In this document: one piece after another, positions 53,513 through 64,000 of the stretch
Layout: each line of letters opens with the position of its first letter
Position numbering within the stretch: position 1 is the stretch's first letter
Assembly: GCA_964485855.1 (NCBI GenBank)
Contig: CAZAKI010000001.1
Coordinates: 33,066-97,065 of the forward strand
DNA: 64,000 bases
From: an uncultured Syntrophomonadaceae bacterium
Lineage (GTDB): Bacteria; Bacillota; Dethiobacteria; DTU022
Reading direction: 5' to 3'
The notes under the pieces: generated by a model
Databases searched by the model: none
Told to the model about the DNA's origin: nothing
The model's input: the letters and a program-made list of their open reading frames with translations, nothing else
Translations under genes and position numbers: made by a program

Positions 53513-54547
53513 TTATTTTAAAAATACCTCGCGCTCTCCGCTAACTATTCTTCCCAGGGGATAAGCTTGAATGTGATACCCAGAAAAGTGCCTGATTACA
53601 GATTCCGATTCTGTTTCCGGAACAATAAGGACATAACCGATCCCCATGTTAAATACTTTATACATCTCTTGATCACTGATTGAGCCCAGTTCAGCGATCA
53701 CTGCAAAGATTTTCTGCTTTGGCCATGCGGAGGTGTCAATTTCACCGGCAGTGCCTGCGGGTAGGATCCGCGGCAGATTTCCAACCAGGCCACCCCCGGT
53801 AACATGGGCCATGCCCTTTACAGGACAGCTTTTCAATAACGATCTGACCGACTTGACATAAATTACTGTCGGTTTTAATAATTCTTCAGCCAGGGTCAAT
53901 TCGAAAGCGCTTTGATAGTCGGTAAGTTTTAAATTGGCCTCTTCCAGCAAGACTCGTCTGGCCAATGAAAAACCGTTTGAATGAAGTCCTGAAGAGGCTA
54001 AACCAATAATGATGTCCCCTTTTCTGATTGTTGAACCGTCTATCAGCTCGGCTTTACTGACCATTCCAATGGCAAAACCAGCCAGATCATATTCACCCGG
54101 GGAATAAAAACCCGGCATTTCAGCAGTTTCGCCGCCAAGGAGAGCGCATCCGGCTTCCTGACAACCGGCGGCAATACCGCTGACAATTGATTCGACCTGT
54201 AGGGGATCCATCTTGCCAATCGCCAGGTAATCTAAGAAAAAAAGGGGTTCCGCCCCCTGGACCAGGATATCATTTACACACATCGCCACACAGTCAATAC
54301 CAATCGTGTCATGACGGTTTACAGCGAAGGCCAGTTTCAATTTTGTGCCCACCCCGTCACAGCCGGCAACTAAAATCGGATCGGTTACATTTGACAGGTT
54401 AGGCATAAACAACCCGCCAAAACCACCTATTCCCTGTAGAACCTCCCGCCGAGAAGTTAAATCAGCCACTTTCTTAATCCGTTCGACCGCCTGATCTCCA
54501 GCCTCAATATCGACTCCGGCTTTCTTGTAGTTGAGATCTTCAGCCAT
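53513..54547 (-). CDS. purM: phosphoribosylformylglycinamidine cyclo-ligase (AIR synthetase)
   Basis: 344 aa with a typical PurM sequence. Confidence 0.95.
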   Translation of the reverse strand: MAEDLNYKKAGVDIEAGDQAVERIKKVADLTSRREVLQGIGGFGGLFMPNLSNVTDPILVAGCDGVGTKLKLAFAVNRHDTIGIDCVAMCVNDILVQGAEPLFFLDYLAIGKMDPLQVESIVSGIAAGCQEAGCALLGGETAEMPGFYSPGEYDLAGFAIGMVSKAELIDGSTIRKGDIIIGLASSGLHSNGFSLARRVLLEEANLKLTDYQSAFELTLAEELLKPTVIYVKSVRSLLKSCPVKGMAHVTGGGLVGNLPRILPAGTAGEIDTSAWPKQKIFAVIAELGSISDQEMYKVFNMGIGYVLIVPETESESVIRHFSGYHIQAYPLGRIVSGEREVFLK

Positions 54548-54616
54548 ACAACTAACCCCTTCGCTTTTATAATCTGAAGCAGAAAGCCCGGCCGATGGCC
54601 GGGCTTCGCAAGCGTT

Positions 54617-56596
54617 TTAGAAAAAGAGTGGAGCAAATACCAGGGCAACGATGCTCATCAGTTTGATTAAGATATTCAAGGAAGGTCCTGCCGTATCTTT
54701 AAAAGGATCACCAACCGTATCACCAACTACGGCTGCTTTATGCGGATCGCTTCCCTTACCCCCCAAATTACCGGCCTCGATAAACTTTTTGGCATTATCC
54801 CAAGCTCCACCGGCATTGGCCATATTGATAGCCTGGAGCACACCGGTCACTAAGGCACCCGCTAACAATCCACCGAGAGCTTCCCGACCAAGAAAAGGAA
54901 TCAGGCCGACTGCCAAAGGAACTATCACCGCCATCAGACCAGGGACGACCATCTCTTTTAAAGCCGCCCTGGTACTGATATCAACACATTTGGCATATTC
55001 CGGACGGGCCTTACCTTCCATCAGTCCGGCAATTTCCTTGAACTGGCGGCGGATCTCCTCGATTAATGAATAGGCAGCATTACCAACTGCTTCCATGGTT
55101 CTGGAGGTGAAGAAGTAGGTCAGCATTCCACCAATTAACAGACCGGAAATAACCCGAGCGCTGGTAATATCAATGACACTAAGCTCAGCCACCTGGGCGT
55201 ATGCCGTGAACAGAGCCAGTGCGGTTAGCGCCGCCGAACCAATAGCAAAACCTTTACCGATAGCAGCGGTGGTATTACCTAATGAATCAAGTTGGTCGGT
55301 AATTTTGCGCACTTCCGGTTCAAGTTCGGCCATTTCGGCAATTCCACCGGCATTATCGGCTACCGGCCCATAAGCATCAACCGCTACGGTCATGCCAACC
55401 GTTGCCAGCATGCCAACCGCTGAGATGGCGATACCATAAATTCCGGCAAAGTAATAAGAAATCAGGATGGCAGCCACAATGGTCAGTGTCGGATATACGG
55501 TGCTTTTCATCCCGACAGCAAGGCCGCTGATGATATTGGTAGCCGGACCGGTTTGCGATGCCCTGGCTATATCCTGTACGGGCTTAAAATGATCGGAAGT
55601 ATAATATTCGGTAACCCTGCCGATGATTACTCCGGCTAAAAGACCGGCAACAACAGCATAAAAAGGTCCGAGATTCGGAAAAACACCCTGCGCTACAAAA
55701 GAGCGGACTACGAAAAAAGAAACTACCAGGACCACCAGGGCGCTGATCCAGATTCCTCTTTCCAGCACTGCGCCAAGCCTGACCCCTTCTTTCGCCCGAA
55801 CAAAGAAAAAAGCAAAAATGGAGGCCAGGATCCCGATTGAAGCTACGATTAGGGGCAGCAGGGTGCCACCCAGGCCGTACAAGACAACTCCCAGCGTCAT
55901 GGTAGCAATCATCGATCCAACATATGATTCAAAAAGGTCGGCACCCATGCCGGCAACATCACCGACATTGTCGCCAACGTTATCGGCTATGACCCCGGCA
56001 TTACGCGGATCATCTTCGGGGATACCCGCCTCAATCTTACCAACCAGATCGGCGCCAACATCGGCAGCCTTAGTATAAATACCGCCCCCGACCCGGGCAA
56101 AAAGAGCTATAGAGCTGGCTCCCAGCGCATAACCATTAATTACAGCCGGATCACGAATAATTAAATATAAGACCCCAAGACCAAGCAGACCGAGACCGGC
56201 AACCATCATACCCATAATTGTGCCACTGGAAAAAGCCACTCCAAGCGCCTCGTTTATTCCGGAACGGGCGGCATGTGCAGTTCGCACATTGGCGCTTGTC
56301 GCTACGGTCATCCCAATATAACCGGCGGTGGCGGAAAGAACTGCTCCGATGACAAAACTGATTGCGGTTAGTATATTGATCGCAACGGCAAGGACAACCG
56401 TCAATACAACAACAAAGATTGCCAGGTACATATATTCACGTTTCATGAAAGCCATGGCCCCCTCATGAATCGCAGCGGCAATTTCTTGCATCTTTTCGTT
56501 TCCGGCATCGGCTTTTACCATTTTAACCCAGAGAATTAAGGCAAAAATCAGCGCAATGACCGCACAAATTGGTGCAAGATAGAGCAAAACATTCAT
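54617..56596 (-). CDS. hppA: membrane-integral, K+-dependent-type ion-pumping pyrophosphatase (H+ or Na+ translocating)
   Basis: About 659 aa with roughly 16 transmembrane helices and the GDNVGD motifs. GNTTAA (Ala rather than Lys) indicates the K+-dependent class. Starts by tandem TTG/ATG at 56599/56596 after GGAGG. Confidence 0.9.
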   Translation of the reverse strand: MNVLLYLAPICAVIALIFALILWVKMVKADAGNEKMQEIAAAIHEGAMAFMKREYMYLAIFVVVLTVVLAVAINILTAISFVIGAVLSATAGYIGMTVATSANVRTAHAARSGINEALGVAFSSGTIMGMMVAGLGLLGLGVLYLIIRDPAVINGYALGASSIALFARVGGGIYTKAADVGADLVGKIEAGIPEDDPRNAGVIADNVGDNVGDVAGMGADLFESYVGSMIATMTLGVVLYGLGGTLLPLIVASIGILASIFAFFFVRAKEGVRLGAVLERGIWISALVVLVVSFFVVRSFVAQGVFPNLGPFYAVVAGLLAGVIIGRVTEYYTSDHFKPVQDIARASQTGPATNIISGLAVGMKSTVYPTLTIVAAILISYYFAGIYGIAISAVGMLATVGMTVAVDAYGPVADNAGGIAEMAELEPEVRKITDQLDSLGNTTAAIGKGFAIGSAALTALALFTAYAQVAELSVIDITSARVISGLLIGGMLTYFFTSRTMEAVGNAAYSLIEEIRRQFKEIAGLMEGKARPEYAKCVDISTRAALKEMVVPGLMAVIVPLAVGLIPFLGREALGGLLAGALVTGVLQAINMANAGGAWDNAKKFIEAGNLGGKGSDPHKAAVVGDTVGDPFKDTAGPSLNILIKLMSIVALVFAPLFF

Positions 56597-56653
56597 CAAT
56601 CATCATCCTCCATCTGTGTGAGATTCTGATCATAATTTATCTAAAACTCCGGA

Positions 56654-58060
56654 TTATGGCAATACCGGGTAATCCCCGCTAAAGCAACCGGTACAAAGCT
56701 GACCTGGTGGCAGCCCGATGGCCTTAAAGGTGTTATTCAGACTCAGGTAGCCGACTGAATCGGCCCCAACCAATTGAGTAATCTCTGCAGGTTCATGCTG
56801 GTAGGCAATCAGATCCTGGGGGTCGGGAATATCAATACCGTAGAAACAAGAGCCGGTTACCGGCGGCGAACTGATCCGCAGGTGAACTTCCCGGGCTCCT
56901 GCCCTGCGCATAATTTTGATCAGTTTCAGACTGGTTGTTCCCCTGACAATTGAATCGTCCACTAAAACAACCCGCTTACCTTCAACAATCTTCTGCACAG
57001 CATTTAGTTTTAGATCAACCCCTTCTTCTCTCATTTTTTGGGTTGGTTTAATAAAGGTCCGGCCGATATAACGGTTCTTGACCAGGGCCATTTCGTACGG
57101 TAATCCTGCTTGTTCCGCAAATCCTGAAGCAGCGGCAATGCTTGAATCGGGAACCCCCGAAACAATATCGGCATCAACCGGATGTTCACGGGCCAAACTT
57201 CTTCCCAGCTCCCGCCTGACCAGATGGACATTCTTTCCCTGCAGGTTGCTATCCGGTCTGGCAAAATAGATGTATTCAAAGATGCAGAGCTTTGAAACAC
57301 TGTTCGTAATCACTTGCTTGCTCTTTAGTCCCCCGGCATTCAGCATCACCATTTCACCAGGTTCAAGATCCCGAATGTAATCAGCCTGTATTGTATCAAA
57401 AGCACAGGTTTCGGAAGCAAGAAAGTAGCCTCCTCCCTTCAGTCTTCCCAGTGAAAGCGGCCTGAATCCATGACCATCGCGTAGACCGACAACTTGATGT
57501 CCGTCGGTGACAATAAAGGCAAAAGCTCCTTTCAGGCGCGGGACTATTTCCATCAGAGCTTCTTCCAGCTGTTCGCTACCCTGTCTGGCGATCATGTGGG
57601 CCAACAGCTCTGAATCCGTATCGGTTTGAAATATGGCTCCTTTTTCCTCCAGCTCTGACCGCAATAAATTAGCATTTAAAAGATGTCCATTATGGGCTAC
57701 CGCTAGTTCGCCAAATCGGTAGCGTAGTTTAAGCGGCTGGCTATTTTCCGGGTTCCGCCCTTCCTGGCCGTAGGAATAACGCACGTGCCCGACAGCCAGC
57801 TTACATACTATCCCTTTTAAATCAGCGCTGTCGGGAAAAACTTCGGAAACTAAACCCATTCCCCTTTTTAACCATAATTTTCGCCCTTCACCCGGACCGG
57901 CAGTAATCCCGGCGCTTTCCTGACCACGATGCTGCAAAGCATAAAGAGCAAAACAGCTTAGATAAGCTAAAGGCTGGTTTTCGGCGTAACCGCCACATAC
58001 CCCACAAGCCTCACGCAAAAAGTGCTTCTTCCTGCAGGGAATTGTTAGGTCATAATCCAT
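56654..58060 (-). CDS. purF: amidophosphoribosyltransferase (with propeptide and [4Fe-4S] type C-terminus)
   Basis: 468 aa. A propeptide ends at the catalytic Cys (EACGVCG). PRTase domain present. Confidence 0.95.
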   Translation of the reverse strand: MDYDLTIPCRKKHFLREACGVCGGYAENQPLAYLSCFALYALQHRGQESAGITAGPGEGRKLWLKRGMGLVSEVFPDSADLKGIVCKLAVGHVRYSYGQEGRNPENSQPLKLRYRFGELAVAHNGHLLNANLLRSELEEKGAIFQTDTDSELLAHMIARQGSEQLEEALMEIVPRLKGAFAFIVTDGHQVVGLRDGHGFRPLSLGRLKGGGYFLASETCAFDTIQADYIRDLEPGEMVMLNAGGLKSKQVITNSVSKLCIFEYIYFARPDSNLQGKNVHLVRRELGRSLAREHPVDADIVSGVPDSSIAAASGFAEQAGLPYEMALVKNRYIGRTFIKPTQKMREEGVDLKLNAVQKIVEGKRVVLVDDSIVRGTTSLKLIKIMRRAGAREVHLRISSPPVTGSCFYGIDIPDPQDLIAYQHEPAEITQLVGADSVGYLSLNNTFKAIGLPPGQLCTGCFSGDYPVLP

Positions 58061-60243
58061 TGAAAAGCCTCCTCGTATGCCTTTTTTGCTCTTTTTAAAT
58101 CTTGCTGAACCAGCAGATCATCACCACAAAACATCAAAAGCGCATCTCCCTTGACCTGTCCTAGCTCGTGCAAGGGAACTGCATAAGCAGCAGCTTCTTT
58201 TTGTACTGCTTCCATTCTAGCGGGACTGACAGAAATTAAAATTCTGGATGGCCCTTCACCAAAAAATGCAACTTCCGGTCGGTCCGTCGCAGGCAGTCTA
58301 ACACTAGCTCCTAACCCTGCAGCCATTGAACACTCGGCCAGCGAAACAGCTAATCCTCCCTCTGCTAAATCATGGGCTGACTCGATGGCAGCAGCTAAAA
58401 TTAATTTTCTTACCAGCAGTTGTAACCGCTTTTCCAGCATCAGATCAATTTTAGCCAAGGCTCCCTTGATTTGGCCGTGAACTGTTTTCAGCAATTGGCT
58501 GCCGCCCAAAGTAATCTCGTCTGCACCAAGCAGGCAGATCAAATCGCCCCTATTTCTGAAGGCAATTCGTCCCTGAATTTCGTAATTATCCAACAGACCA
58601 ACCACCCCGATTACCGGGGTTGGATAGATTGCCTCTCCTTCAACTTCATTATAGAAACTGACATTACCGCCGACAACAGGAACATCCAATTGAGCACAGG
58701 CCTCAGCCATACCGGATACAGCGTTCCTAAACTGCCAGTAGATTTCTGGTTTTTCCGGATTACCGAAGTTTAGACAATCGGTGATCCCCAGAGGCTCGGC
58801 GCCACAGCAGCTGATATTGCGGGTTGCTTCAGCAACGGCAAGCATTCCACCCAAATAAGGATCAAGGTAAACCTGGCGGCTATTTCCATCAACAGACATA
58901 GCCAGGGCTTTACCATTTTCCCTGATTCTGATTACTGCTGCATCTCCCCCCGGACCCTGAACTGTACAGGTCCGAACCAGATAATCATAGCGCCGCCAAA
59001 CCCATTCCTTCGAAGCGATATCAGGATCTCTCAATAGATCGAGCAGTGCCTGATTATAGTCTTTGATCTTAGGCAGTGTTAGTGGATCAAAAGCCGCTAG
59101 TTCTTTAAAATAATCGGGTTCCTTCGCTTTAGGCTGGTAAGTGGGAGAGCCGCCGGATACGCTTTGCGCCGGAACATTGACTACCTCTTCTCCACCGAAC
59201 CGGGCTACTACCTTGCCGCTTGCGGTTACCTTGCCGAGAACAACCGGAGCAAGTTCCCAGCGCTTGAATACCGCTTCTACCGCTTCGAATTTATCGGGCT
59301 CTACAATTAAGAGCATTCTTTCCTGTGATTCGGAAGTAAGAATTTCAAAAGGTTGCATCCCCGCTTCGCGTAATGGCACCTGATCAAGATCGATATCAAC
59401 ACCCGATCCGGCCCGGGCTGCTGTTTCAGTAAGAGCACAAGTCAAACCCGCTCCGCCCAGATCCTGGACTCCGGTAACCAGTTTTTTGGCGATCACTTCA
59501 AGGGTACCTTCCAACAGGAGTTTTCCCAGGAACGGATCCCCCACCTGGACGGCAGGACGTCGCTCTTCCGATTGCTCCGAAAGCTCTTCCGATGCAAAGG
59601 TCACCCCGTGAATTCCATCACGTCCAGTTCTGGCACCCACCAGGACTACCAGGTTACCTTCACCTGAAGCTTTACCCAAAACCAGACGCTCTAACGGCAT
59701 GATCCCCACGCACATTGCATTAACCAGGGGATTGCCACGATAACATTCTTCAAAGTATATTTCTCCGGCTACTGTTGGGATCCCGACACAATTGCCGTAC
59801 CCACCAATACCGGCGATCACCCCGTCAAAAAGATAACGACTGCGCAGATCATCAAGCTTGCCGAACCGCAGGGAGTTTAAAAAAGCAATCGGTTGAGCAC
59901 CCATTGTAAAAATATCCCTGAGAATCCCTCCAATACCGGTCGCCGCTCCCTGGTACGGTTCAACGGCAGAAGGATGATTGTGGCTTTCAATTTTAAAAAC
60001 AGCCGCCCATCCGTCACCGAGATCAACTACCCCGGCATTTTCTCCCGGCCCCTGAATTACCTGAGGACCGCTGGTTGGGAAAAGGCTGAGCGCTGATCGC
60101 GAATGTTTATAACTGCAGTGCTCAGACCACATAACACTGTACATATTTAATTCAATCAGGTTTGGTTCTCGTCCCAGCTGATTGACAATCATCTCGTATT
60201 CGCGGTCGCTGAGACCCATTTGAAGCCAGGGGCGATCAATCAC
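58045..60243 (-). CDS. purL: FGAM synthase II (large subunit)
   Basis: 732 aa PurL-type protein. Confidence 0.95.
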   Translation of the reverse strand: MIDRPWLQMGLSDREYEMIVNQLGREPNLIELNMYSVMWSEHCSYKHSRSALSLFPTSGPQVIQGPGENAGVVDLGDGWAAVFKIESHNHPSAVEPYQGAATGIGGILRDIFTMGAQPIAFLNSLRFGKLDDLRSRYLFDGVIAGIGGYGNCVGIPTVAGEIYFEECYRGNPLVNAMCVGIMPLERLVLGKASGEGNLVVLVGARTGRDGIHGVTFASEELSEQSEERRPAVQVGDPFLGKLLLEGTLEVIAKKLVTGVQDLGGAGLTCALTETAARAGSGVDIDLDQVPLREAGMQPFEILTSESQERMLLIVEPDKFEAVEAVFKRWELAPVVLGKVTASGKVVARFGGEEVVNVPAQSVSGGSPTYQPKAKEPDYFKELAAFDPLTLPKIKDYNQALLDLLRDPDIASKEWVWRRYDYLVRTCTVQGPGGDAAVIRIRENGKALAMSVDGNSRQVYLDPYLGGMLAVAEATRNISCCGAEPLGITDCLNFGNPEKPEIYWQFRNAVSGMAEACAQLDVPVVGGNVSFYNEVEGEAIYPTPVIGVVGLLDNYEIQGRIAFRNRGDLICLLGADEITLGGSQLLKTVHGQIKGALAKIDLMLEKRLQLLVRKLILAAAIESAHDLAEGGLAVSLAECSMAAGLGASVRLPATDRPEVAFFGEGPSRILISVSPARMEAVQKEAAAYAVPLHELGQVKGDALLMFCGDDLLVQQDLKRAKKAYEEAFQWIMT

Positions 60244-60952
60244 GAATAAAAGCCCCCTCTCTTTCCAGGTAACTGAGCAGTGATTTAAAAATAATCAAGC
60301 CATCAGCGGAACCTAAAATATTTTCTCCGGCCCGTTCGGGATGAGGCATTAAGCCGGCCACATTGCCTTTGCGGTTACAGACCCCGGCAATATTGTCAAG
60401 CGATCCGTTTGGGTTGGCTTCAGTGGTCGCTTCGCCACTTTCATCGACGTAACGGAAAAGAATCTGCCCGTGCGCTTCCATTTCATTTTGCTGGTCCGGC
60501 GAAGCGTAATAATTACCGTCTCCATGGGCAATCGGCATCTTTAAGATTTCTTGGTTACCAGCAGCATTGGTGAAAGGTGTTTTGTTGTTTTCAACCCGGA
60601 TATTGACCTGCTGGCAACGAAACTGTAGGTGATTATTACGGTATAAAGCGCCGGGCAGCAGACCGGCTTCAGTCAGAACCTGGAAACCATTACAGATACC
60701 AAGCACCAGGCCTCCGGCTGCCGCAAATGTCTCTACCGCGGTCATGATTTTGCTAAAACGGGCAATTGCTCCCGAGCGTAGATAATCTCCATATGAAAAT
60801 CCTCCGGGCAAGATCACCAGATCGCAATCACCGAGTGATAAAGCATCATGCCGAATATAAACTGCCTGCTTATGCAACTGATCCCGGATCAGGTGATAAG
60901 CATCGAGATCACAGTTTGAACCGGGAAAAACAATTACGCCAAATTTCATCAA
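60236..60952 (-). CDS. purQ: FGAM synthase I (glutaminase subunit)
   Basis: 238 aa class I glutamine amidotransferase (GICNGFQ with catalytic Cys; HPE). Confidence 0.95.
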   Translation of the reverse strand: MMKFGVIVFPGSNCDLDAYHLIRDQLHKQAVYIRHDALSLGDCDLVILPGGFSYGDYLRSGAIARFSKIMTAVETFAAAGGLVLGICNGFQVLTEAGLLPGALYRNNHLQFRCQQVNIRVENNKTPFTNAAGNQEILKMPIAHGDGNYYASPDQQNEMEAHGQILFRYVDESGEATTEANPNGSLDNIAGVCNRKGNVAGLMPHPERAGENILGSADGLIIFKSLLSYLEREGAFIRD

Positions 60953-61248
60953 CCGGCCTCCTGTAAACTATAACTGAAGTCTTCTATCACCGGATTACTC
61001 AGCAGGCGGCGCGACATATCTTCGACCAACTCTGCCGCCTCTTCCCTGTCGGCGGCATCCAGTGTCAGCTCCAAGTACTTGCCAACCCTGACCTGTCCGA
61101 TCTGCTCATAACCGAGAGCTTTTAATGAATTTTCAACCGCTACACCCTGCGGATCAAGGACTGATTTCTTTAAAGTAACCTCGACCTTAGCTTTCCACTG
61201 CAGGATCTCCGCCTCCCTCCAGACGTTTAAGGACCTCGCGGTAAGCAT
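60949..61248 (-). CDS. purS: FGAM synthase PurS subunit
   Basis: The PurS core ([17 protein letters not shown]...) is present. The ORF-track version is 131 aa and runs about 50 codons into purC. I place the start at ATG 61248 (or the TTG just upstream), about 60 nt inside the purC 3' end. The exact start is uncertain. Confidence 0.65.
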   Translation of the reverse strand: MLTARSLNVWREAEILQWKAKVEVTLKKSVLDPQGVAVENSLKALGYEQIGQVRVGKYLELTLDAADREEAAELVEDMSRRLLSNPVIEDFSYSLQEAG

Positions 61249-61915
61249 CAACCACTCCGCCCAGATCACGGCGAAAACGGTCTTTATCCAACTTCTCACC
61301 GCTGCTGCTATCCCAGAAACGACAGGTATCAGGCGAGATTTCATCCCCGAGAATCACCTTGCCCTGGTGCCGACCGAATTCCAGCTTGAAATCAACAAGT
61401 GTAATCCCTTTTTCCTCTAAAAAAGGAATCAGGATCTCGTTGACACGCAGCGCTGCTTTTTCGATCGTTGCCATCTCTTCAGCATTAGCCAGTTCAAGGG
61501 CATAAATATGATAATGGTTGATCATGGGGTCATGCAATTCATCATTTTTTAATGAAAACTCAAGGACTGTCTTTTTTAGCCTGATCCCTTCGGCAATCCC
61601 GAGCCGCTTCGACATACTGCCGGCGGCGATATTGCGAACGATGACTTCAACTGGAATAATCTCAAGAGCTTTAACCAGCATTTCGCGTTCACTGGTTGTT
61701 TTTAGATAATGAGTTTCTATGCCATTTTTTTCCAGCAACTGAAAAAATATCGCCGACAATCTATTGTTCAAAATTCCCTTATCGGCCAGGCTGTCTTTTT
61801 TGATTCCATCAAAAGCTGTAGCATCATCTTTAAACTCTACCAGCAAATAATCAGGGTCATCAGTTCGATAAATTTTTTTTGCCTTTCCTTCGTACAAAAA
61901 TTCTCCTTTCATCAC
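61187..61915 (-). CDS. purC: SAICAR synthetase
   Basis: 242 aa starting [16 protein letters not shown]. Confidence 0.95.
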   Translation of the reverse strand: MMKGEFLYEGKAKKIYRTDDPDYLLVEFKDDATAFDGIKKDSLADKGILNNRLSAIFFQLLEKNGIETHYLKTTSEREMLVKALEIIPVEVIVRNIAAGSMSKRLGIAEGIRLKKTVLEFSLKNDELHDPMINHYHIYALELANAEEMATIEKAALRVNEILIPFLEEKGITLVDFKLEFGRHQGKVILGDEISPDTCRFWDSSSGEKLDKDRFRRDLGGVVDAYREVLKRLEGGGDPAVES

Positions 61916-61951
61916 AGTCGCCTCCTTGAAAAATAATGATTAGACCAATCC

Positions 61952-63244
61952 TTAAAGCCCCAAGCGGCTGTAGATATAATCAACCCGCTTCAGGTAATAA
62001 TCGGGTGAAAAACAGGACTCCAGTTTTTGCTTTTCAATTTGACTGTTAACCAGCTTGTCATTAGCCAGCAATGCTTTGAAAGATTTGCCGCTTTCCCATG
62101 ATTGCATAGCGTAACGCTGAACCAAATCGTAGGCTTCTTCCCTGGACATACCGCTTTCAACCAGTTCAAGCAATACCCGCTGTGAATAGATTAGACCACC
62201 GGTTAAATCGAGATTCTTTGAAAGCTGAGCCTCGTTCACCCTAATCCCCGCCACCACTTTAATGGTCTGCTGCAGCATATGATCAACAGCTGATGTACTG
62301 TCAGGAAAAATTACGCGTTCAACAGATGAATGTGAAATATCGCGTTCATGCCAGAGAGCATTATTTTCCAATGCTGTCGTAGCGTATCCGCGCAGCAGGC
62401 GTGCCAAACCGCAGATCTTTTCGCAGGTTACCGGGTTTCGCTTGTGGGGCATGGCTGAAGAACCTTTTTGCCCGCTGTAAAAAGGTTCTTCTAACTCCCT
62501 TGTTTCGGTACGCTGCAGGTTACGGACCTCCAAAGCAATCTTTTCGAGGCTGCTCCCGATAATGGCGATGGTCGCAAGGTATTCAGCGTGGCGATCCCTT
62601 TGCAAAATCTGGGTTGATACCAGGGCCGGCTTTAAATTCAGTTTATGGCACACATACTCTTCAATAAATGGATCGATATGGGCATAATTACCTACCGCCC
62701 CGGAAATTTTACCAACTCCTACTACTTCGGTTGCGCGTTCTAATCTTTGGCTATTACGGCGCATCTCAGCCAGCCAGAGGACAAATTTAAGACCAAGGCT
62801 GGTCGGTTCGGCATGCACTCCGTGAGTTCTTCCGACAATCGGGGTTAACTTGTAACGCCTTGCCTGTTCAGTTAAAACGGCTTCCAGCTCACTTAAACCT
62901 TTTTTGATCAGATCGGCAGCTTCTACAAGCAACACCGATAATGCGGTATCGACAATATCGTAAGAAGTTAGGCCGTAGTGAAAATAACGGCTTTCTTCTC
63001 CTAATGATTCGGCGACACTGCGGGTAAAGGCAACGACATCATGGCGGGTCTCTTTTTCTAAACTTTCGATCCTCTGCAGATCAAAGCAAGCCTTCTCGGC
63101 AATGGCCTGTGCTGCTTTTTTGGGAATAACCCCCAGTTCAGCCCATGCTTCGGCTGCCAAGATCTCCACCTGCAAAAATTTTTGATAACGGTTTTCCAAA
63201 CTCCAAATGCGGCCCATCTCCATGCCTGTATAGCGTTCGATCAT
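61952..63244 (-). CDS. purB: adenylosuccinate lyase
   Basis: 430 aa starting MIERYTGMEM, with the fumarate-lyase signature GSSAMPHKRNP. Confidence 0.95.
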   Translation of the reverse strand: MIERYTGMEMGRIWSLENRYQKFLQVEILAAEAWAELGVIPKKAAQAIAEKACFDLQRIESLEKETRHDVVAFTRSVAESLGEESRYFHYGLTSYDIVDTALSVLLVEAADLIKKGLSELEAVLTEQARRYKLTPIVGRTHGVHAEPTSLGLKFVLWLAEMRRNSQRLERATEVVGVGKISGAVGNYAHIDPFIEEYVCHKLNLKPALVSTQILQRDRHAEYLATIAIIGSSLEKIALEVRNLQRTETRELEEPFYSGQKGSSAMPHKRNPVTCEKICGLARLLRGYATTALENNALWHERDISHSSVERVIFPDSTSAVDHMLQQTIKVVAGIRVNEAQLSKNLDLTGGLIYSQRVLLELVESGMSREEAYDLVQRYAMQSWESGKSFKALLANDKLVNSQIEKQKLESCFSPDYYLKRVDYIYSRLGL

Positions 63245-63771
63245 TGCCCTGCACCTGGTTCAACTTGATTAGATTGGCTGAACTTAAGCCGCAGGGCGTT
63301 ATCTTTTTCTTCTACCCTGGCTGCCAGCTTCTGACGGTAGCTTTGCAGGCGGTGACGCAAACTTTCATCCGCTATGGCCAGGATCTGCACAGCCAGCAAA
63401 CCGGCATTAAAAGCGCCGTTTACGGCAACAGTGGCCACCGGTATTCCCTGGGGCATCTGGACGATTGAATAGAGAGAATCGATGCCCATCAGCGGTTCAA
63501 TCGCAACCGGTACCCCGATTACCGGCAAGTGGGTCATCGAAGCAATTACTCCCGGAAGGTGAGCCGCTCCGCCCGCTCCGGCAATGATTACTTTCAGTCC
63601 CGCTTCAGCGGCGCCACGGGCATAGCGGGCTGTTTTCTCCGGGTGTCGGTGCGCACTGGAGATCACCATCTCCCAGCCAATTCCAAATTCATCGAGGGCA
63701 TCGGCACATTTTTGCATGATCGGCAAATCCGAATCACTGCCCATTACAATCCCTACTTGCATCTCTTTCAT
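63241..63771 (-). CDS. purE: N5-carboxyaminoimidazole ribonucleotide mutase
   Basis: GIVMGSDSD motif. The start is set at ATG 63771 (MKEMQVGIVMG) after GGAG. The TTG at 63786 adds 5 residues of uncertain reality. Confidence 0.9.
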   Translation of the reverse strand: MKEMQVGIVMGSDSDLPIMQKCADALDEFGIGWEMVISSAHRHPEKTARYARGAAEAGLKVIIAGAGGAAHLPGVIASMTHLPVIGVPVAIEPLMGIDSLYSIVQMPQGIPVATVAVNGAFNAGLLAVQILAIADESLRHRLQSYRQKLAARVEEKDNALRLKFSQSNQVEPGAGQ

Positions 63772-63950
63772 CTTTATCAACTCCAACCGATTATTAATCT
63801 TGATTACACGATGATCATTAGTTTATCTTTTACCTGGATAACTGGCCATATATGAAAGTTTTACCAGCTCGAGTAATCAGTTCCTATACAAATTAGCAAA
63901 AGTTTTTCCTGCAAACCTGTAACTAAGACGATCAATTCACCCCTCCCGGT

Positions 63951-64000
63951 AAAAAATAAAACCCAGGCAGATAGGCATCGAGTGAAACCTACCCGCCTGG
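63951..64000 (-). terminator. possible rho-independent terminator or riboswitch expression platform at the window edge, about 180 nt upstream of purE
   Basis: On the minus strand, CCAGGCGGG...CUGCCUGGG pairs into a 6-7 bp stem with a large loop, followed by UUUUAUUUUUU. The element is cut off by the window end. Confidence 0.3.

Noticed and set aside
63787-63950. Possible guanine/purine riboswitch aptamer upstream of purE (ATATGGCC, AGTTATCC, GGTAAAAG).
   Set aside because: The invariant J2-3 UUUCUACC and the CCGUAAAU/GACUA elements are not present in register, and no P1/P2/P3 pairing could be drawn. The similarity is probably chance. Any real aptamer would lie beyond the window edge.

Overview
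This window is a dense core-genome segment of a low-GC, anaerobic Firmicutes-type bacterium. I cannot name the species from sequence alone. About 90% of the window is coding, and almost every gene is on the minus strand. I found no mobile elements, CRISPR arrays, rRNA, tRNA or large unexplained gaps.

Reading the minus strand from its 3' end, the gene order is:
- **Translation/isoprenoid block (1..13641).** A partial nrnA-like DHH phosphoesterase, then rbfA, infB, ylxR, nusA and rimP; a GT2 glycosyltransferase; ispG, rseP, dxr, cdsA and uppS; frr and pyrH; tsf and rpsB.
- **13918..25642.** A DUF1015 protein (plus strand), an HDAC/AcuC-like deacetylase, pyk and dnaE; an AI-2E permease (plus strand); trmL and a LonC-like protease; then nth at 25642..26304.
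- **Central-carbon locus (26369..38676).** A family III CoA-transferase, a soluble FrdA/FrdB-like flavoprotein plus Fe-S pair, NAD(P) malic enzyme, and two-subunit class I fumarase. Next comes a four-gene 2-oxoacid:ferredoxin oxidoreductase operon (gamma, fused GltD-like/delta, alpha, beta). A sigma-54 -24/-12 promoter sits upstream of it, with an adjacent PAS-domain sigma-54 activator.
- **ligA, then a divergent TetR + SDR pair** (plus strand).
- **Adenosylcobalamin acyl-CoA mutase operon.** Thiolase, two acyl-CoA dehydrogenases, cobO, meaB, and split large and small mutase subunits carrying the isobutyryl-CoA mutase Phe/Gln signature.
- **Complete pur operon.** purE-B-C-S-Q-L-F, then a membrane pyrophosphatase (hppA), then purM-N-H-D.

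The most interesting points are the sigma-54-controlled TCA-branch locus with the GltD-like fusion in the oxidoreductase, and the isobutyryl-CoA-mutase-type operon. The hppA gene sits unexpectedly inside the pur operon. Ribosomal protein S2 carries an EEK-repeat acidic tail. The LonC-like protease is translationally coupled to nth.

The ORF track treats GTG/TTG as starts. I revised several N-termini where an internal start with a good Shine-Dalgarno fits the protein family better. Coordinates of small motifs may be off by 1-2 nt.
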